From an uncultured Acidobacteriota bacterium (GTDB lineage: Bacteria > Acidobacteriota > Vicinamibacteria > Fen-336), in contig OY970399.1 in the NCBI GenBank assembly GCA_963720545.1, positions 3,683,344-3,747,343 of the forward strand: DNA of 64,000 nt, given 5' to 3'. Position 1 is the stretch's first letter; every line of letters begins with the position of its first letter. Positions 10,397-20,865 of the stretch are shown here, piece by piece. Both the position numbers and the translations under genes were made by a program. The notes beneath the pieces are model-generated. The model was not told the origin of the DNA, made no database searches, and worked only from the letters and a program-made list of their open reading frames with translations.

Positions 10397-11862
10397 CAGG
10401 CCGCGCCCCTTGCGAGCGCGTGCTCGCGGACCAGGTCGAAGGCGCGGCGCACGTGGCGCTCCTCGGTGCGAATGTTGCCGATGGCGAGCCGCAGGGTCGA
10501 GCGGCCATGCAGCTTCGTGTGCGAGAGGTACGCCTCGCCGGAAGCGTTGACCGCATCCATCACCGCCTCGAGGCGTGCGTCCGCATCGGCGTCCGGCACG
10601 CCGGGGAAGCGGATGCGGAAGCAGACGTTCGAGAACTGCGCCGGAGCGTTCACCGCGAAGAGGGGATCGGCCTCGAGCCAGCCGCGCAACAGCGCAGCGA
10701 GGCGGATGTGCTCGCGGATGCGCGCCGCGATGCCGTCGCTGCCGAAGGCGCGCAGCACGAACCAGAGCTTCAGCGCGCGGAAGCGGCGTCCGAGGCTGAC
10801 GCCGTAGTCCATGAGGTTGGGCGCCGCGTCCTCTTCCGCGGTCCGCAGGTACTCGGGCACCAGGCTGAAGGCGTCGCGCACCACCTCGGGCCGGCGGGTG
10901 TAGAGCACCGACAGGTCCATGGTCACGAACATCCACTTGTGCGGGTTGACGACGATGGAATCGGCGCGCTCCCAGCCGGCGAACAGGTGCCGCATCTCGG
11001 GCAGCACGGCCGCCGAGCCGCCGTACGCCGCGTCCACGTGCAACCAGAGCCGCTCGCGGTCGCAGATGTCGGCGATGGCGGCGACCGGGTCGACGCTGGT
11101 CGTGGAGGTCGTGCCCACCGTGGCGACCACCGCGAACGGCGTCACGCCGGCGGCACGGTCTTCCGCGATCGCGGCCGCAAGGGCTTCGGGCCGCATCGCG
11201 AACTGCTCATCGGTTTCGATCGCGCGGCATCCGTCCTGGCCGATGCCGAGCACGATGCCGGCCTTCTCGATCGACGAGTGCGCCTGCTCAGAGGCGTAGA
11301 GGCGCAACCGCGCCTGGCCGACCAGGCCGCGCTTGCGCGCCTCGAGGCCGGGCACCGCTTCACGAGCCGCCGCTATCGCGACCAGCGTCGAAGCCGAGGC
11401 TGTGTCCTGGATGACGCCGAAGAGGCCTTCGGGCAGACCCAGCATTTCCCGCAGCCAGCCGAGCACCACCAGCTCGAGCTCGGTCGCGGCGGGCGAGGTC
11501 TTCCACAGCATGCCGTTCGGGTTGAGCGCGGCGGTGAGCAGCTCGCCGAGGATCGCCGGCGCCGGCGACGAGTTTGCGAAATAGGCGAAAAAGCCCGGAT
11601 GGTTCCAGTGGGTGATGCCTGGGACGATGATGTTCTCGAAATCGTCGAGCAGCGCGGCCAGCGGCTCGCCTTCGGCAGGCGCATGTCGCGGCAATGCCCG
11701 CGCGACGTCACCCGGCCGGGCGCGCGAGAGCACCGCGAAGCGCTCGGGTTCGCGCAGGAAATCGGCGGTCCAGGCGAGGGCACGGCGCGCGGCGCCCTCG
11801 AACTCGTCGATCGCGACGTCGCCTGTGCCGGCCATGCCGCATTCTCTCATTCCCCGCGCCAC
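10396..11862 (-). CDS. Group II PLP-dependent amino-acid decarboxylase (aromatic-L-amino-acid/tyrosine decarboxylase-like)
   Basis: Motifs seen: '[14 protein letters not shown]' and the PLP-lysine motif '[12 protein letters not shown]'. The start may be the GTG at 11862 or the ATG at 11850 or 11835. Confidence 0.8.
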   Translation of the reverse strand: MARGMRECGMAGTGDVAIDEFEGAARRALAWTADFLREPERFAVLSRARPGDVARALPRHAPAEGEPLAALLDDFENIIVPGITHWNHPGFFAYFANSSPAPAILGELLTAALNPNGMLWKTSPAATELELVVLGWLREMLGLPEGLFGVIQDTASASTLVAIAAAREAVPGLEARKRGLVGQARLRLYASEQAHSSIEKAGIVLGIGQDGCRAIETDEQFAMRPEALAAAIAEDRAAGVTPFAVVATVGTTSTTSVDPVAAIADICDRERLWLHVDAAYGGSAAVLPEMRHLFAGWERADSIVVNPHKWMFVTMDLSVLYTRRPEVVRDAFSLVPEYLRTAEEDAAPNLMDYGVSLGRRFRALKLWFVLRAFGSDGIAARIREHIRLAALLRGWLEADPLFAVNAPAQFSNVCFRIRFPGVPDADADARLEAVMDAVNASGEAYLSHTKLHGRSTLRLAIGNIRTEERHVRRAFDLVREHALARGAA

Positions 11863-11891
11863 TGGCCGCTATTGTGGCGTTCCGCCGCGCT

Positions 11892-11920
11892 TTGGAGTGC
11901 AGTATGCTGGAGTGATAAAT
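11892..11920 (+). promoter_or_regulatory. Candidate sigma70-type promoter for the acidic-protein/lipA unit
   Basis: -35 TTGGAG (11892-11897), a 17-nt spacer and -10 ATAAAT (11915-11920), in an AT-rich patch. TGGAGTG is repeated at 11893 and 11908. Confidence 0.35.
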
Positions 11921-11939
11921 CTTCTTTGGAGGAAGATCG

Positions 11940-12275
11940 ATGTTTGAAGACGAGTTCCTCGCCATGCCCAGCACGGACGATGACGACGACGAGTGGACGG
12001 ACGAGGACGAGGTCAGCGACGAACTGGCCGACGATACCGACGAACTGGCCGAAGACCTTGACGACGACGATGACGACGACGAGGACTCCGAAGACGACGA
12101 CGAATTCGACGACGACGACGACCTCGACGAAGACGAGGATGACGACGACGACGAGGACGATGATGACGACGATGACGACGATGACGATGAGGAAGACGCC
12201 GCCTGGGACGAGATCGAGGGCGACGAGGACGACGACGACGAGGAGACCGACGAGGACGAGGAGGAAGAAGAGTAG
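11940..12275 (+). CDS. Hyper-acidic Asp/Glu-rich small protein (111 aa)
   Basis: There is an ATG with a GGAGG Shine-Dalgarno (11928-11932) 7 nt upstream. 83 of 111 residues are D/E and there is no K/R/H. The ORF ends 5 nt before the lipA start. Confidence 0.6.
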   Translation: MFEDEFLAMPSTDDDDDEWTDEDEVSDELADDTDELAEDLDDDDDDDEDSEDDDEFDDDDDLDEDEDDDDDEDDDDDDDDDDDEEDAAWDEIEGDEDDDDEETDEDEEEEE

Positions 12276-12280
12276 CCGCC

Positions 12281-13171
12281 TTGGCCTCTGACCCCGTGCC
12301 GCTCATCCGCCCCGCCTGGATCAAGGCGCGGGCGCCGATGGGCGAGAAATACGACCGCCTCACCAGCTTGATGCGCGGCCTCGACCTGCACACCGTGTGC
12401 GAGGAGGCACGCTGCCCGAACATCGGCGACTGCTGGAACCGTGGCACCGCCACCTTCATGATCCTGGGCGACACCTGCACCCGTGCCTGCGGCTTCTGCG
12501 CGGTCAAGACCGGCATCGGCGGGCCCATCGACCCGTTCGAGGCGACCCGCGTCGCGGCGGCCGTCGCGGCCATGGGGCTGCGCCATGCGGTCATCACCTC
12601 GGTGAACCGCGACGACCAGAAGGACGGCGGCGCGCCGGTGTTCGCGGCGTGCATCGCGCAGATCCGCGAGCGCATCCCCGGCTGCACGGTCGAGGTGCTG
12701 ATCCCGGACTTCAAGGGCGACGCCCGGGTTCTGGGCATCGTCCTCGACGCCCGCCCCGACATCCTCAACCACAACACCGAAACGGTGCCGCGCCTCTACC
12801 GCACGGTGCGCCCGGGGGCCCGCTTCAGCCGCTCCCTCGAACTGCTGCGCCGCGCGAAGGACGCCGGGCTCGTCACCAAGAGCGGCATCATGCTCGGCCT
12901 CGGCGAGGAGATCGAAGAAGTGCGCGAGTGCATCGCCGCGATCCGCTCGGCCGGCACCGACATCCTCACCGTGGGGCAGTACCTGCGGCCGTCGCTCAAG
13001 CACCTGCCGCTGGTGCGCTACTACACGCCCGCGGAATTCGCCGAGATCGGCGCCTTCGCGAAGACGCTCGGCTTCAGCCACGTCGAGTCGGGACCGCTGG
13101 TGCGCTCCTCGTACCACGCCGAGGAGCAGGTGGCCGCGGCGTCTCAGCCCCTGCGCGCCACGCTCGCCTGA
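12281..13171 (+). CDS. lipA: Lipoyl synthase
   Basis: It has '[13 protein letters not shown]' and the radical-SAM motif 'CTRACGFC'. The start is TTG at 12281, with an alternative GTG at 12296. Confidence 0.9.
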   Translation: MASDPVPLIRPAWIKARAPMGEKYDRLTSLMRGLDLHTVCEEARCPNIGDCWNRGTATFMILGDTCTRACGFCAVKTGIGGPIDPFEATRVAAAVAAMGLRHAVITSVNRDDQKDGGAPVFAACIAQIRERIPGCTVEVLIPDFKGDARVLGIVLDARPDILNHNTETVPRLYRTVRPGARFSRSLELLRRAKDAGLVTKSGIMLGLGEEIEEVRECIAAIRSAGTDILTVGQYLRPSLKHLPLVRYYTPAEFAEIGAFAKTLGFSHVESGPLVRSSYHAEEQVAAASQPLRATLA

Positions 13172-14304
13172 AGGCTGAGCGCGGCGTTGACCGCCGCCAC
13201 CGCGTCGTCGATGTCCGCGGCAGTGGTGCCGCGTCCCAGCGAGAAGCGCACCGAGCCCTGCATGCGCGCCTGCGACAAGCCCATGGCGCGCAGCACGTGC
13301 GAGGGTTCGATTGCGCCCGCGGCGCAGGCGGCGCCGGTCGAAACCGCGACGCCGGCGAGGTCCAGAGCGAGCAGCAGGCTTTCCGCGTCTTTGCCCTGGA
13401 AAGAAATGTTGCTGGTGTTGGGCACGCGCGCGCTGCCGCCATTGCGCACTGCTCCCGGCAGCGCGAGCAACTGGCTCTCGAGGACGTCGCGCAGCGCGGC
13501 CAGGCGCCTCGCGTCTTCGTCGAGCGCTTGCGCCGCGATTTGCGCGGCCCGGCCCATGCCGACCATCGAGGCGACGTTCTCGGTGCCGGCGCGCCGATTG
13601 CGTTCCTGGGAGCCGCCGCGCAGCAGGGCGGTCATTGCGACGCCGCGGCGCACATAGAGGATGCCGACCCCCTTCGGGCCGTAGAACTTGTGCGCGGAGA
13701 GTGCCAGCGTGTCGACGTCGAGGGCTGCCACGTCCACCCTGATCTTGCCGGCCGCCTGCACCGCATCGCAGTGCACCGCGGCGCCGGCCGCGCGCGCCAG
13801 CCGAACGATCTCGGCGACCGGCTGCACCACACCGGTCTCGTTGTTCGCCAGCATCACGGCAACGAGCGCGGTCTGGTCGTCGATCTTGCCGCGCGCGTCG
13901 TCGAGGTCGATGACACCGTCGCCGGTGCTGCGGATGGCAGCCACCTCGAAGCCTTCTTCAGCCATCGCCTTCGCCGTGTTGAGGACCGCGTGATGCTCGA
14001 GCGTCGTGATGACGACCTTGCGCCGCGGCCCGGTGCGGGCACCGGCCGCGGCGGTCGCCAGCCCGCGCAGCGCCATGTTGTCCGCCTCGGTGCCGCTGCC
14101 CGTGAAGACCACCTCCGAATTGGCGGCGCCGATGAGCGCCGCGACGCCGCTGCGCGCCTCTTCCACGGCGGCGCGCGCGCCCTGTCCGAACCAGTGCAGG
14201 CTCGACGGGTTGCCGAAGCCGTCCTGCAGCGGCCCAAGCATCGCCGCCACCACCGATGGATCGACTGGAGTCGTCGCGTTGTGGTCGAGGTAGATCCGCC
14301 GCAT
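13144..14304 (-). CDS. Cysteine desulfurase (NifS/IscS-type class V aminotransferase)
   Basis: Motifs seen: '[13 protein letters not shown]', the PLP lysine in '[12 protein letters not shown]' and the catalytic Cys loop '[18 protein letters not shown]'. The start is set at the internal ATG at 14304 of ORF 13144..14652. Confidence 0.85.
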   Translation of the reverse strand: MRRIYLDHNATTPVDPSVVAAMLGPLQDGFGNPSSLHWFGQGARAAVEEARSGVAALIGAANSEVVFTGSGTEADNMALRGLATAAAGARTGPRRKVVITTLEHHAVLNTAKAMAEEGFEVAAIRSTGDGVIDLDDARGKIDDQTALVAVMLANNETGVVQPVAEIVRLARAAGAAVHCDAVQAAGKIRVDVAALDVDTLALSAHKFYGPKGVGILYVRRGVAMTALLRGGSQERNRRAGTENVASMVGMGRAAQIAAQALDEDARRLAALRDVLESQLLALPGAVRNGGSARVPNTSNISFQGKDAESLLLALDLAGVAVSTGAACAAGAIEPSHVLRAMGLSQARMQGSVRFSLGRGTTAADIDDAVAAVNAALSLQASVARRG

Positions 14305-14395
14305 GCCACGATTGTACGGCGGCGACGGCGCTAAACCACTGAATCCCGCGTGGTAAGATCCTGCCCGCTGCGAATGGAACGAAGCGAGAAACTCC

Positions 14396-15577
14396 TTGGT
14401 TGAGGCCGTCATCGCCGGGGCCGTGCGAACGCCAATCGGCCGGTTCGGAGGCGGCCTCGCCAGCCTTTCGGCCGCCGATCTCGGCACCGCCGCAGCGGTC
14501 GAGTCGATGCGCCGGGCCGGCATCGCGCCCACCGACGTGGACGAGGCTGTTGTCGGCTGCGCGCGCCAGGCAGGGGGCGGGCCCAATGTCGGGCGCCAGG
14601 TCGCGTTTCGCGCCGGGCTGCCCGAAGACCGGCCGGCTTTCACCGTCAACATGGCTTGCGGCTCGGGCCTGAAGTCGATAGACCTTGCGTTTCGCAGCGT
14701 CCGCGACGGCGATTCCCAGGCGGTCCTGGTCGGCGGTACGGAGGCGATGAGCCGCGTGCCCTACCTGCTCACCGGCGCTCGTTGGGGCTATCGCATGGGT
14801 AACCAGTCGGCGGTTGACGCCATGTACCAGGACGGCTTCCTCTGTCCTCTCGCCGAGATGATCATGGGCGAAACCGCCGAGCGGCTCGCCGAGCTGCACA
14901 CAATCGGCCGTGAAGAGCAGGATGCGTTCGCGCTTTCCAGCCAGCGCAAGGCCGCTGCTGCGATCGCGGCCGGCCGCTTCGAAGCCGAGACCTTCGCGGT
15001 GAAGGTGCCGGGGAGGAAGGGCGAGGTTTCGTTCGAGGCCGATGAGCATCCGCGCGCCGACACCACGGCCGCCGCCCTCGCCAAACTGGCGCCGGTGTTC
15101 AAGGCCGAAGGCGGCACGGTCACGGCCGGCAACTCCGCGGGCATCACCGACGGCGCCGCGGCCATGGTGGTGCTTTCTGCCGCGCGCGCGAAAGAGCTGG
15201 GCATCAAGCCGATCGCGCGCATCCTCGGCATCGCCGCGTCCGGCGTCGATCCGAAGATCATGGGCTTCGGCGTGGTACCGGCGGTGCGCAAGCTGCTGGC
15301 GAAGCTCGGCATGACGCTCGCGAACTTCGACCTGGTCGAGGTCAACGAGGCGTTCGCCGCGCAGGTGCTCGCCTGCGACCGCGACCTCGGCTTCGACGCG
15401 GAGCGCCTCAACGTCAACGGCGGCGCCATCGCCATCGGCCATCCGATCGGTTGCACCGGCGTGCGCATCAGCGTCACCTTGCTCCATGAGATGGCGCGCC
15501 GCCAGGCGCCGCTCGGACTCGCGACCCTGTGCATCAGCGGCGGCATGGGGCTCGCCGCCGCCTACGAACTGATTTAA
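14396..15577 (+). CDS. Acetyl-CoA C-acetyltransferase (thiolase)
   Basis: It has the active-site motif 'VNMACGSGLKS' and the C-terminal motif 'NVNGGAIAIGHPIGCTG'. The start is TTG. Confidence 0.85.
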   Translation: MVEAVIAGAVRTPIGRFGGGLASLSAADLGTAAAVESMRRAGIAPTDVDEAVVGCARQAGGGPNVGRQVAFRAGLPEDRPAFTVNMACGSGLKSIDLAFRSVRDGDSQAVLVGGTEAMSRVPYLLTGARWGYRMGNQSAVDAMYQDGFLCPLAEMIMGETAERLAELHTIGREEQDAFALSSQRKAAAAIAAGRFEAETFAVKVPGRKGEVSFEADEHPRADTTAAALAKLAPVFKAEGGTVTAGNSAGITDGAAAMVVLSAARAKELGIKPIARILGIAASGVDPKIMGFGVVPAVRKLLAKLGMTLANFDLVEVNEAFAAQVLACDRDLGFDAERLNVNGGAIAIGHPIGCTGVRISVTLLHEMARRQAPLGLATLCISGGMGLAAAYELI

Positions 15578-15595
15578 GGAAAGAAAACCATCGCC

Positions 15596-16802
15596 ATGAT
15601 CGATTTCGAACTCTCCGAAGAGCACGTCGCCGTCGAGAACACGGTGCGCGAATGGGCGGCAAAAGAAGTCGCGCCGAAGATCCACGACCTCGACCGCGAG
15701 CACCGCTTCGAGAAGAAATTCCTGAAGGACATGGCGGCGATGCACCTGCTCGGCATCTGCATCCCGGAAGAGTACGGCGGCGCCGGCCTCGACTACCTGA
15801 GCCTCGGCATCGTCTCCGAAGAGCTCGAATATGCCGACACGCACCTGCGCGTCATCATGTCGGTGCACGTGGGCCTCAACTGCATGACGCTCTGGTGCTG
15901 GGGCACCGAGGAGCAGAAGCAGAAGTACCTGGTGCCGCAGGCGAAGGGCGAGAAGATCGCGACCTACGGCCTCACCGAGCCGAACGCGGGCTCGGATGCC
16001 GTCGGCATCCAGTCGACCGCGGTGAAGAAGGGCGACCGCTACATCCTGAACGGCGAGAAGATCTGGATCAGCCTGGCCGACGTCGCCGACAACTTCCTGG
16101 TGATCGCCTGGACCGACCAGGAGAAGAAGAAGAACCGCGACCACAGCGGCCTGTCGGCCTTCATCGTCGAGCGTGCCTTCAAGGGCTTCAGCTCCTACAC
16201 GATGAAGGAGAAGTGGGGGATCCTTGCCGGCAACACCGGCGGGCTTCTCGATGCAGGACGTGGAGGTGCCCGAGGCGAACCGCGTCGGCGCCGAGGGTGA
16301 AGGCTTCAAGGTGGCAATGTTCGCGCTCGAAAACGGCCGCTACACGGTGGCCGCCGGAGCCACCGGCCTGATCCGCGCCTGCCTCGACGCTTCGCTCAGC
16401 TACGCGAAGAGCCGCAAGACCTTCGGCGTGCCGATCGGCGACCACCAGCTGGTGAAGGAGATGATCGCGCAGATGGTCTCCGACTACGACGCCTCACGGC
16501 TCCTGTGGCAGCGCGCCGGCTGGCTCAAGAACATGGGCCGGCGCAACACCCGCGAGACCTCTCTCGCCAAGTGGTTTTCCACCGTGGCCTCGGAGCGCGC
16601 CGCGTCCGACTGCGTGCAGATCCACGGCGGCAACGGCTACTCGGACGAGTATCCGGCCGGCCGCTTCTACCGCAACTGCAAGGCAGCGGTGATCTACGAA
16701 GGCACGCGCGAGATCCACAAGCTGATGCAGGCCGACTACGCCCTCGGCAATCGCCAGGACAAGCCGCGCCGCGTCGAGCTGCCGGCCTACAAGCGCAGCT
16801 AG
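15596..16802 (+). pseudogene. Acyl-CoA dehydrogenase, single +1 frame break
   Basis: ORFs 15596..16300 and 16224..16802 carry the N- and C-terminal halves. An extra G in the GGG run at 16241-16243 turns '..[15 protein letters not shown]..' into '..[11 protein letters not shown]..'. Motifs 'YGLTEPNAGSD' and '[17 protein letters not shown]' are present. Confidence 0.85.
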
Positions 16803-16825
16803 CGCGAAACAGTCAGGGAGAGAAA

Positions 16826-17795
16826 ATGCACCGACACGACCTGCCGCTCGAGTTCGTCCGCGTCGTCGAGCGGGCCGCCGTCGCATTCCGCCCGCACCAT
16901 GGGCCAGGGCGACCGCAAGTATTCCGACCAGGTGGCTGTCGAGGCCATGCGCTCGGAGATGGAGAGCCTCGACATCGACGGCACCATCGTCATCGGCGAG
17001 GGCGAGCGCGACGAGGCGCCGATGCTCTACATCGGCGAGAAGGTGGGGAAGGGCGGCGAGGCCGGTGGACATCGCCGTCGACCCGCTCGAGGGCACGAAC
17101 CTGTGCGCCACCGGCGCCGGCAACGCGATCGCCGTGCTGGCCGCGGCCGAAAAGGGCGGCCTCCTGAACGCCCCCGACATCTACATGGACAAGCTGGTCG
17201 TCGGTCCGTCGTCGAAGGGCAAGGTGGACATCAACGCGCCCGTCGAGGACAACCTCAAGGCCATCGCGAAGGCGCTTGAACCGCGAAGTCCACGACCTCA
17301 CCGTCGTGGTCCTCGACCGGCCGCGCCACGAGCGGCTCATCGCCGACATCCGCAAGGCCGGTTCGCGCATCCGCCTCATCGGCGACGGCGATCTCTCGGC
17401 CGGCATCACCGCCGCGGTCGCGGGCACCGGGATCGCACGCCGTGATGGGCATCGGCGGCGCGCCGGAAGGCGTGCTCACGGCGGCAGCGATGCGCTGCCT
17501 CAACGGCGAGATCCAGGCGAAGCTGGTGCTCACCAAGCCCTCCGATCGCGAGCGCCTTGCGAAAATGGGGATCAACGACCTCGACCGGGTCTACGGCACC
17601 GACGACCTGGCGCCGGGCAAAAACGTCATCTTCGCTGCTGCCGGCGTCACAGACGGCACCCTGCTTCGAGGCGTAAGGTTCTTCGGAGACGGTATCCGTA
17701 CACATGTATTAGTAATGACCACGATCCCGCACCAGATCCGTTTCATTGACACGATCCATGCGAAGGACGGCCCGGACATCAAGATCCGGTTCTGA
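16826..17795 (+). pseudogene. glpX: Class II fructose-1,6-bisphosphatase, four +1 frame breaks
   Basis: The GlpX sequence can be followed through frames starting 16826, 16899, 17065, 17276 and 17442 (coordinate mod 3 = 2,0,1,2,0). Motifs seen: '[17 protein letters not shown]', '[14 protein letters not shown]', '[10 protein letters not shown]' and '[22 protein letters not shown]'. The breaks are near 16886-16889, 17063, 17274 and 17435. Confidence 0.85.
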
Positions 17796-17874
17796 AGAGC
17801 CTCGGAGTTGTGGGTTTACCCAATCCGGACGGTGAGTTAGCGCACACAGGGTGAGTGTCTTGTTGATGGGATCC

Positions 17875-17903
17875 TTGACAAGCTTTCATATGCTTGTTAG
17901 CTT
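17875..17903 (+). promoter_or_regulatory. Candidate sigma70-type promoter upstream of pilM
   Basis: TTGACA (17875-17880), a 17-nt spacer and TAGCTT (17898-17903), in the AT-richer 157-nt glpX-pilM spacer. Confidence 0.4.
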
Positions 17904-17952
17904 CACGCGACACTTTAACTTTGCGTTGTAACTAGTCGTCGAACCAATAGGG

Positions 17953-19013
17953 GTGGCCGTGGCTCTGTTCGGGAAAAAGAAGGGCCTCGTGGGTGTGGAC
18001 ATCGGCTCATCGGCCATCAAGGCCGTGGAGCTGCGAGGCGGTGGCAAAGGTGACTACCAACTCGTCAGTGTTGGGCTCGAGACCCTGCCCCCCGAAGCGA
18101 TCGTCGACGGCGCCATCATGGATCCGGCGCCGTGGTGGACGGCGTCCAGCGCCTCTTCACGAGCGCGCGCAGATCCAGCACGGCGGTCGCGACCGGCGTC
18201 TCCGGCAGCGCGGTCATCGTCAAGAAGATCAGCCTGCCCTCGATGAGCGGCGAGGAACTCGCCGAGTCGATCCACTGGGAGGCCGAGCAGTACATCCCCT
18301 TCGACATCCAGGACGTTGCCCTCGACTACGAGGTGGTCGGCGAGAGCATCGCCGGCGGCAACATGGACGTCCTGCTGGTGGCGGCCAAGAAGGACAAGAT
18401 CGGCGAGTACACGTCGGCCCTCAACCAGGCGGGCAAGAACCCGCAGATCGTGGACGTGGACGTGTTCGCCTTGCAGAACTGCTACGAGGTGAACTACGGG
18501 ATCGACGCCGGCCGGGTGGTGGCGCTCCTCAACGTCGGCGCCTCGACCATGAACATCAACATGCTGAAGGGCGGCACTGTCGGTGTTCACCCGCGACATC
18601 GCGATCGGCGGCAACACAGTGACCGACGCCATACAGAAGGAGCTGCACGTCACGCATCGACCAGGCCGAGAGCTGGAAGCGCGGCGGCATGCAGGCTCCC
18701 GACACGCTGAACGGCGTCATCCAGCACATCTCCGACAACCTCGCCACCGAGATCCAGAAGACCTTCGACTTCTTCAAGGCGACGACCTCCGAGGACCATA
18801 TCGACGCGGTCTACATCGCGGGCGGCGCTTCCAAGGCGCCCGGCCTGCGCGGCCTGCTGTCGGATCGGCTCGAGACGAGTGTCGAGGCGCTCAACCCCTT
18901 CAACAACATCATCGTACAGCACCAAGGAGTTCGACCCCGCGCTTCTCAACGACCTGGCGCCTTCGGTCGCGATAGCGGTGGGCCTGGCTCTGCGTAAGGT
19001 GGGCGACCGATGA
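17953..19013 (+). pseudogene. pilM: Type IV pilus assembly protein PilM (actin-like ATPase fold), four frame breaks
   Basis: 'LVGVDIGSSAIKAVEL', 'VSGSAVIVKKISLP', 'VFTRDIAIGGN' and 'AVYIAGGASKAPGL' are spread over ORFs 17953, 18132, 18583, 18689 and a last frame ending at TGA 19011-19013. The stop overlaps the pilN ATG. The start is GTG at 17953 or 17959. Confidence 0.85.
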
Positions 19014-19675
19014 TTCGCATCAACCTGCTGGCCACCGAGAAACGGGTCGAGAAGGCTGCCGAAGCCGCCGCCGCCGCTTCCGCCGCCCCCTCCGGGCCGG
19101 GCGTCTCGCCTCTTTATCTAATGCTTGGCGCCGCTGCCCTCGTCGGGCTGCTCACCGCCGGCGCCCTCTACCTCTGGCAGCAGAGCCGGATCAAGGCGAT
19201 CGATGCCGAGATCACGACGCTCAAGGCCGAGGAAACCAAGCTCCAGGCGGTGAAGGCCCAGGTCGAGGCGTTCGAGCAGAAGAAAAAGACGCTGAGCGAC
19301 AAGGTCACCCTGATCGAGCGGCTCAAGGCCGAGCAGACGAGCCCCGTCCACCTCCTCGACGAGATCTCGAAGGCGCTGCCCGACCTCGTCTGGCTCACCA
19401 ACCTCGACCAGACCGGCGCCGACGTCAAGCTGACCGGCGAGAGCAGCAGCTTCACTTCGGTCGCCGACTTCATCACCAACCTGCAGCGTTCCGGCTGGTT
19501 CTCGTCCGTCGAACTGGTGTCGAGCGACCAGCAGGACGCGCGCGCGGGCGGCACCCAGCAGGTGCCCATCGTGAAGTTCGTGCTGCGCGCCCCGTTCCTG
19601 AATCCCGAGGTGGCGGCCAAGACGCCCCCGGAACCCAGCCCGTCGCCCGCGGCCCGCGGCGCGAGAAAGTCCTGA
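19010..19675 (+). CDS. pilN: Type IV pilus assembly protein PilN
   Basis: It has 'MIRINLLA', a single TM, a coiled coil and a PilN-like periplasmic domain. It lies between pilM and pilO. Confidence 0.8.
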   Translation: MIRINLLATEKRVEKAAEAAAAASAAPSGPGVSPLYLMLGAAALVGLLTAGALYLWQQSRIKAIDAEITTLKAEETKLQAVKAQVEAFEQKKKTLSDKVTLIERLKAEQTSPVHLLDEISKALPDLVWLTNLDQTGADVKLTGESSSFTSVADFITNLQRSGWFSSVELVSSDQQDARAGGTQQVPIVKFVLRAPFLNPEVAAKTPPEPSPSPAARGARKS

Positions 19676-19687
19676 GGCACGAACATC

Positions 19688-20332
19688 ATGGCTGACGGCA
19701 CTCCCTCCACCATGGGCCGGTCGCTGGTTTACGCACTGCTCGTGTTCATGGCGATCCTGGGCCTCTTCTACTTCTTCTCCTACTCTTCGAGCGCCGAAGA
19801 GATCGCTGCCAAGACCGCAACCCGCGACTCGCTGTCGCGCAGCGTCCAGGGACTGCGCATCACCGCTGCCAAGCTGCCCGAGTTCACCCGAGAAGTCTCG
19901 GTGCTCGAATCGAAGCTCGAGGCGCTGAAGCAGATCCTGCCGCCGCAGAAGGAGACCGCCGACCTGATGCGCAAGGTGCAGTCGATCGCGGCGCAGGCGA
20001 ACCTTGGCATCCGCAAGTTCACGCCGGCCGCGACCGTGAGCAAGGACTTCTACCAGGAGTGGCCCATCAACATGGAGGTTGACGGCGCGTACCACAACCT
20101 CGGCGTGTTCTTCGACCGGGTGCGGACGCTGTCGCGCCTCGTGAACTTCGGCAACCTGAAGCTTGCGGCGCGCACGAACCGCCCGGGAACCGGCAACCTG
20201 TCGCGCACCATCAGCGCGTCGTGCGTGGCCACCACCTACGTCTACGTGGACAACCCGACGACGCCGCCCGCCGCAGCAGGGGGCAAGGCCACGCGCCGTC
20301 CCGCGCCGCCGGCTACGGGGGGTGCGAAGTGA
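19688..20332 (+). CDS. pilO: Type IV pilus assembly protein PilO
   Basis: It has a TM segment, a coiled coil and 'EWPINMEVDGAYHNLGVFFDRV'. Its position in the pilMNOPQ order supports the call. Confidence 0.8.
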   Translation: MADGTPSTMGRSLVYALLVFMAILGLFYFFSYSSSAEEIAAKTATRDSLSRSVQGLRITAAKLPEFTREVSVLESKLEALKQILPPQKETADLMRKVQSIAAQANLGIRKFTPAATVSKDFYQEWPINMEVDGAYHNLGVFFDRVRTLSRLVNFGNLKLAARTNRPGTGNLSRTISASCVATTYVYVDNPTTPPAAAGGKATRRPAPPATGGAK

Positions 20333-20865
20333 AGAAGATGCAGTTCCTCCCGATCGGACTGGGCGCAGCCGCGCTGGTCCTGTTCGCCCCGGCAGCCGGG
20401 TTGGCGCAGGAAATGCCGGAGCAAGGTGAAGTGGTCGCGCCGGCGACCGGCGACACTGTGCAAGAGCCCGTGGCGCCGCCGCTCGACATGAGCCTCCTGC
20501 CGGTGCCCGAAGGTGGGCTCATCTACAGCTCACAGGGCCGTCGCGACCCGTTCATCAGCCTGGTCCGCCCGGTGGGTCCGGTGAACTCAACCGGCGCGCG
20601 CAAGCCCGGCATCGAGGGCTTCCAGGTCGCAGAAGTGGCCCTTAGAGGCGTCGTCCGCAGCGGCAGGGAATTCATCGCGCTGCTCCAGGCGCCTGACAAC
20701 AGGACGTATTTCGCAAGAGTAGGCCAGCGCCTGCACGACGCGAGGCTGGTGGCGATCGACGCAACGACAGCAACTTTCCGGCAACAGATCGACGATCCCC
20801 TGGCGTCGGCGCGAAGCCGCGATATCACGAAGAGCTTGTATCCGTCCGAGGAGGCCCGTCAATGA
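20329..20865 (+). CDS. pilP: Type IV pilus assembly protein PilP
   Basis: The GTG at 20329 overlaps the pilO stop (GTGA); an alternative ATG is at 20338. It has a signal-like N-terminus, the 'GRRDPF' motif and a beta-rich C-terminus. Confidence 0.7.
   Translation: MKKMQFLPIGLGAAALVLFAPAAGLAQEMPEQGEVVAPATGDTVQEPVAPPLDMSLLPVPEGGLIYSSQGRRDPFISLVRPVGPVNSTGARKPGIEGFQVAEVALRGVVRSGREFIALLQAPDNRTYFARVGQRLHDARLVAIDATTATFRQQIDDPLASARSRDITKSLYPSEEARQ

Noticed and set aside
10397-10936. A 180-codon N-terminal extension of mnmA in ORF 9326..10936. A similar 116-codon extension of the cysteine desulfurase occurs in ORF 13144..14652.
   Set aside because: The extensions are Arg/Pro-rich, overlap the well-supported upstream genes, and the canonical N-termini ([14 protein letters not shown] and [13 protein letters not shown]) begin at internal ATGs.
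11708-13117. Minus-strand ORF with a long poly-Ser tract opposite the Asp/Glu-rich gene and lipA.
   Set aside because: It has no start signals and overlaps the unambiguous lipA on the other strand. The plus-strand acidic ORF has an ATG with a GGAGG RBS, so the poly-Ser is simply the reverse reading of the GAC/GAG repeats.
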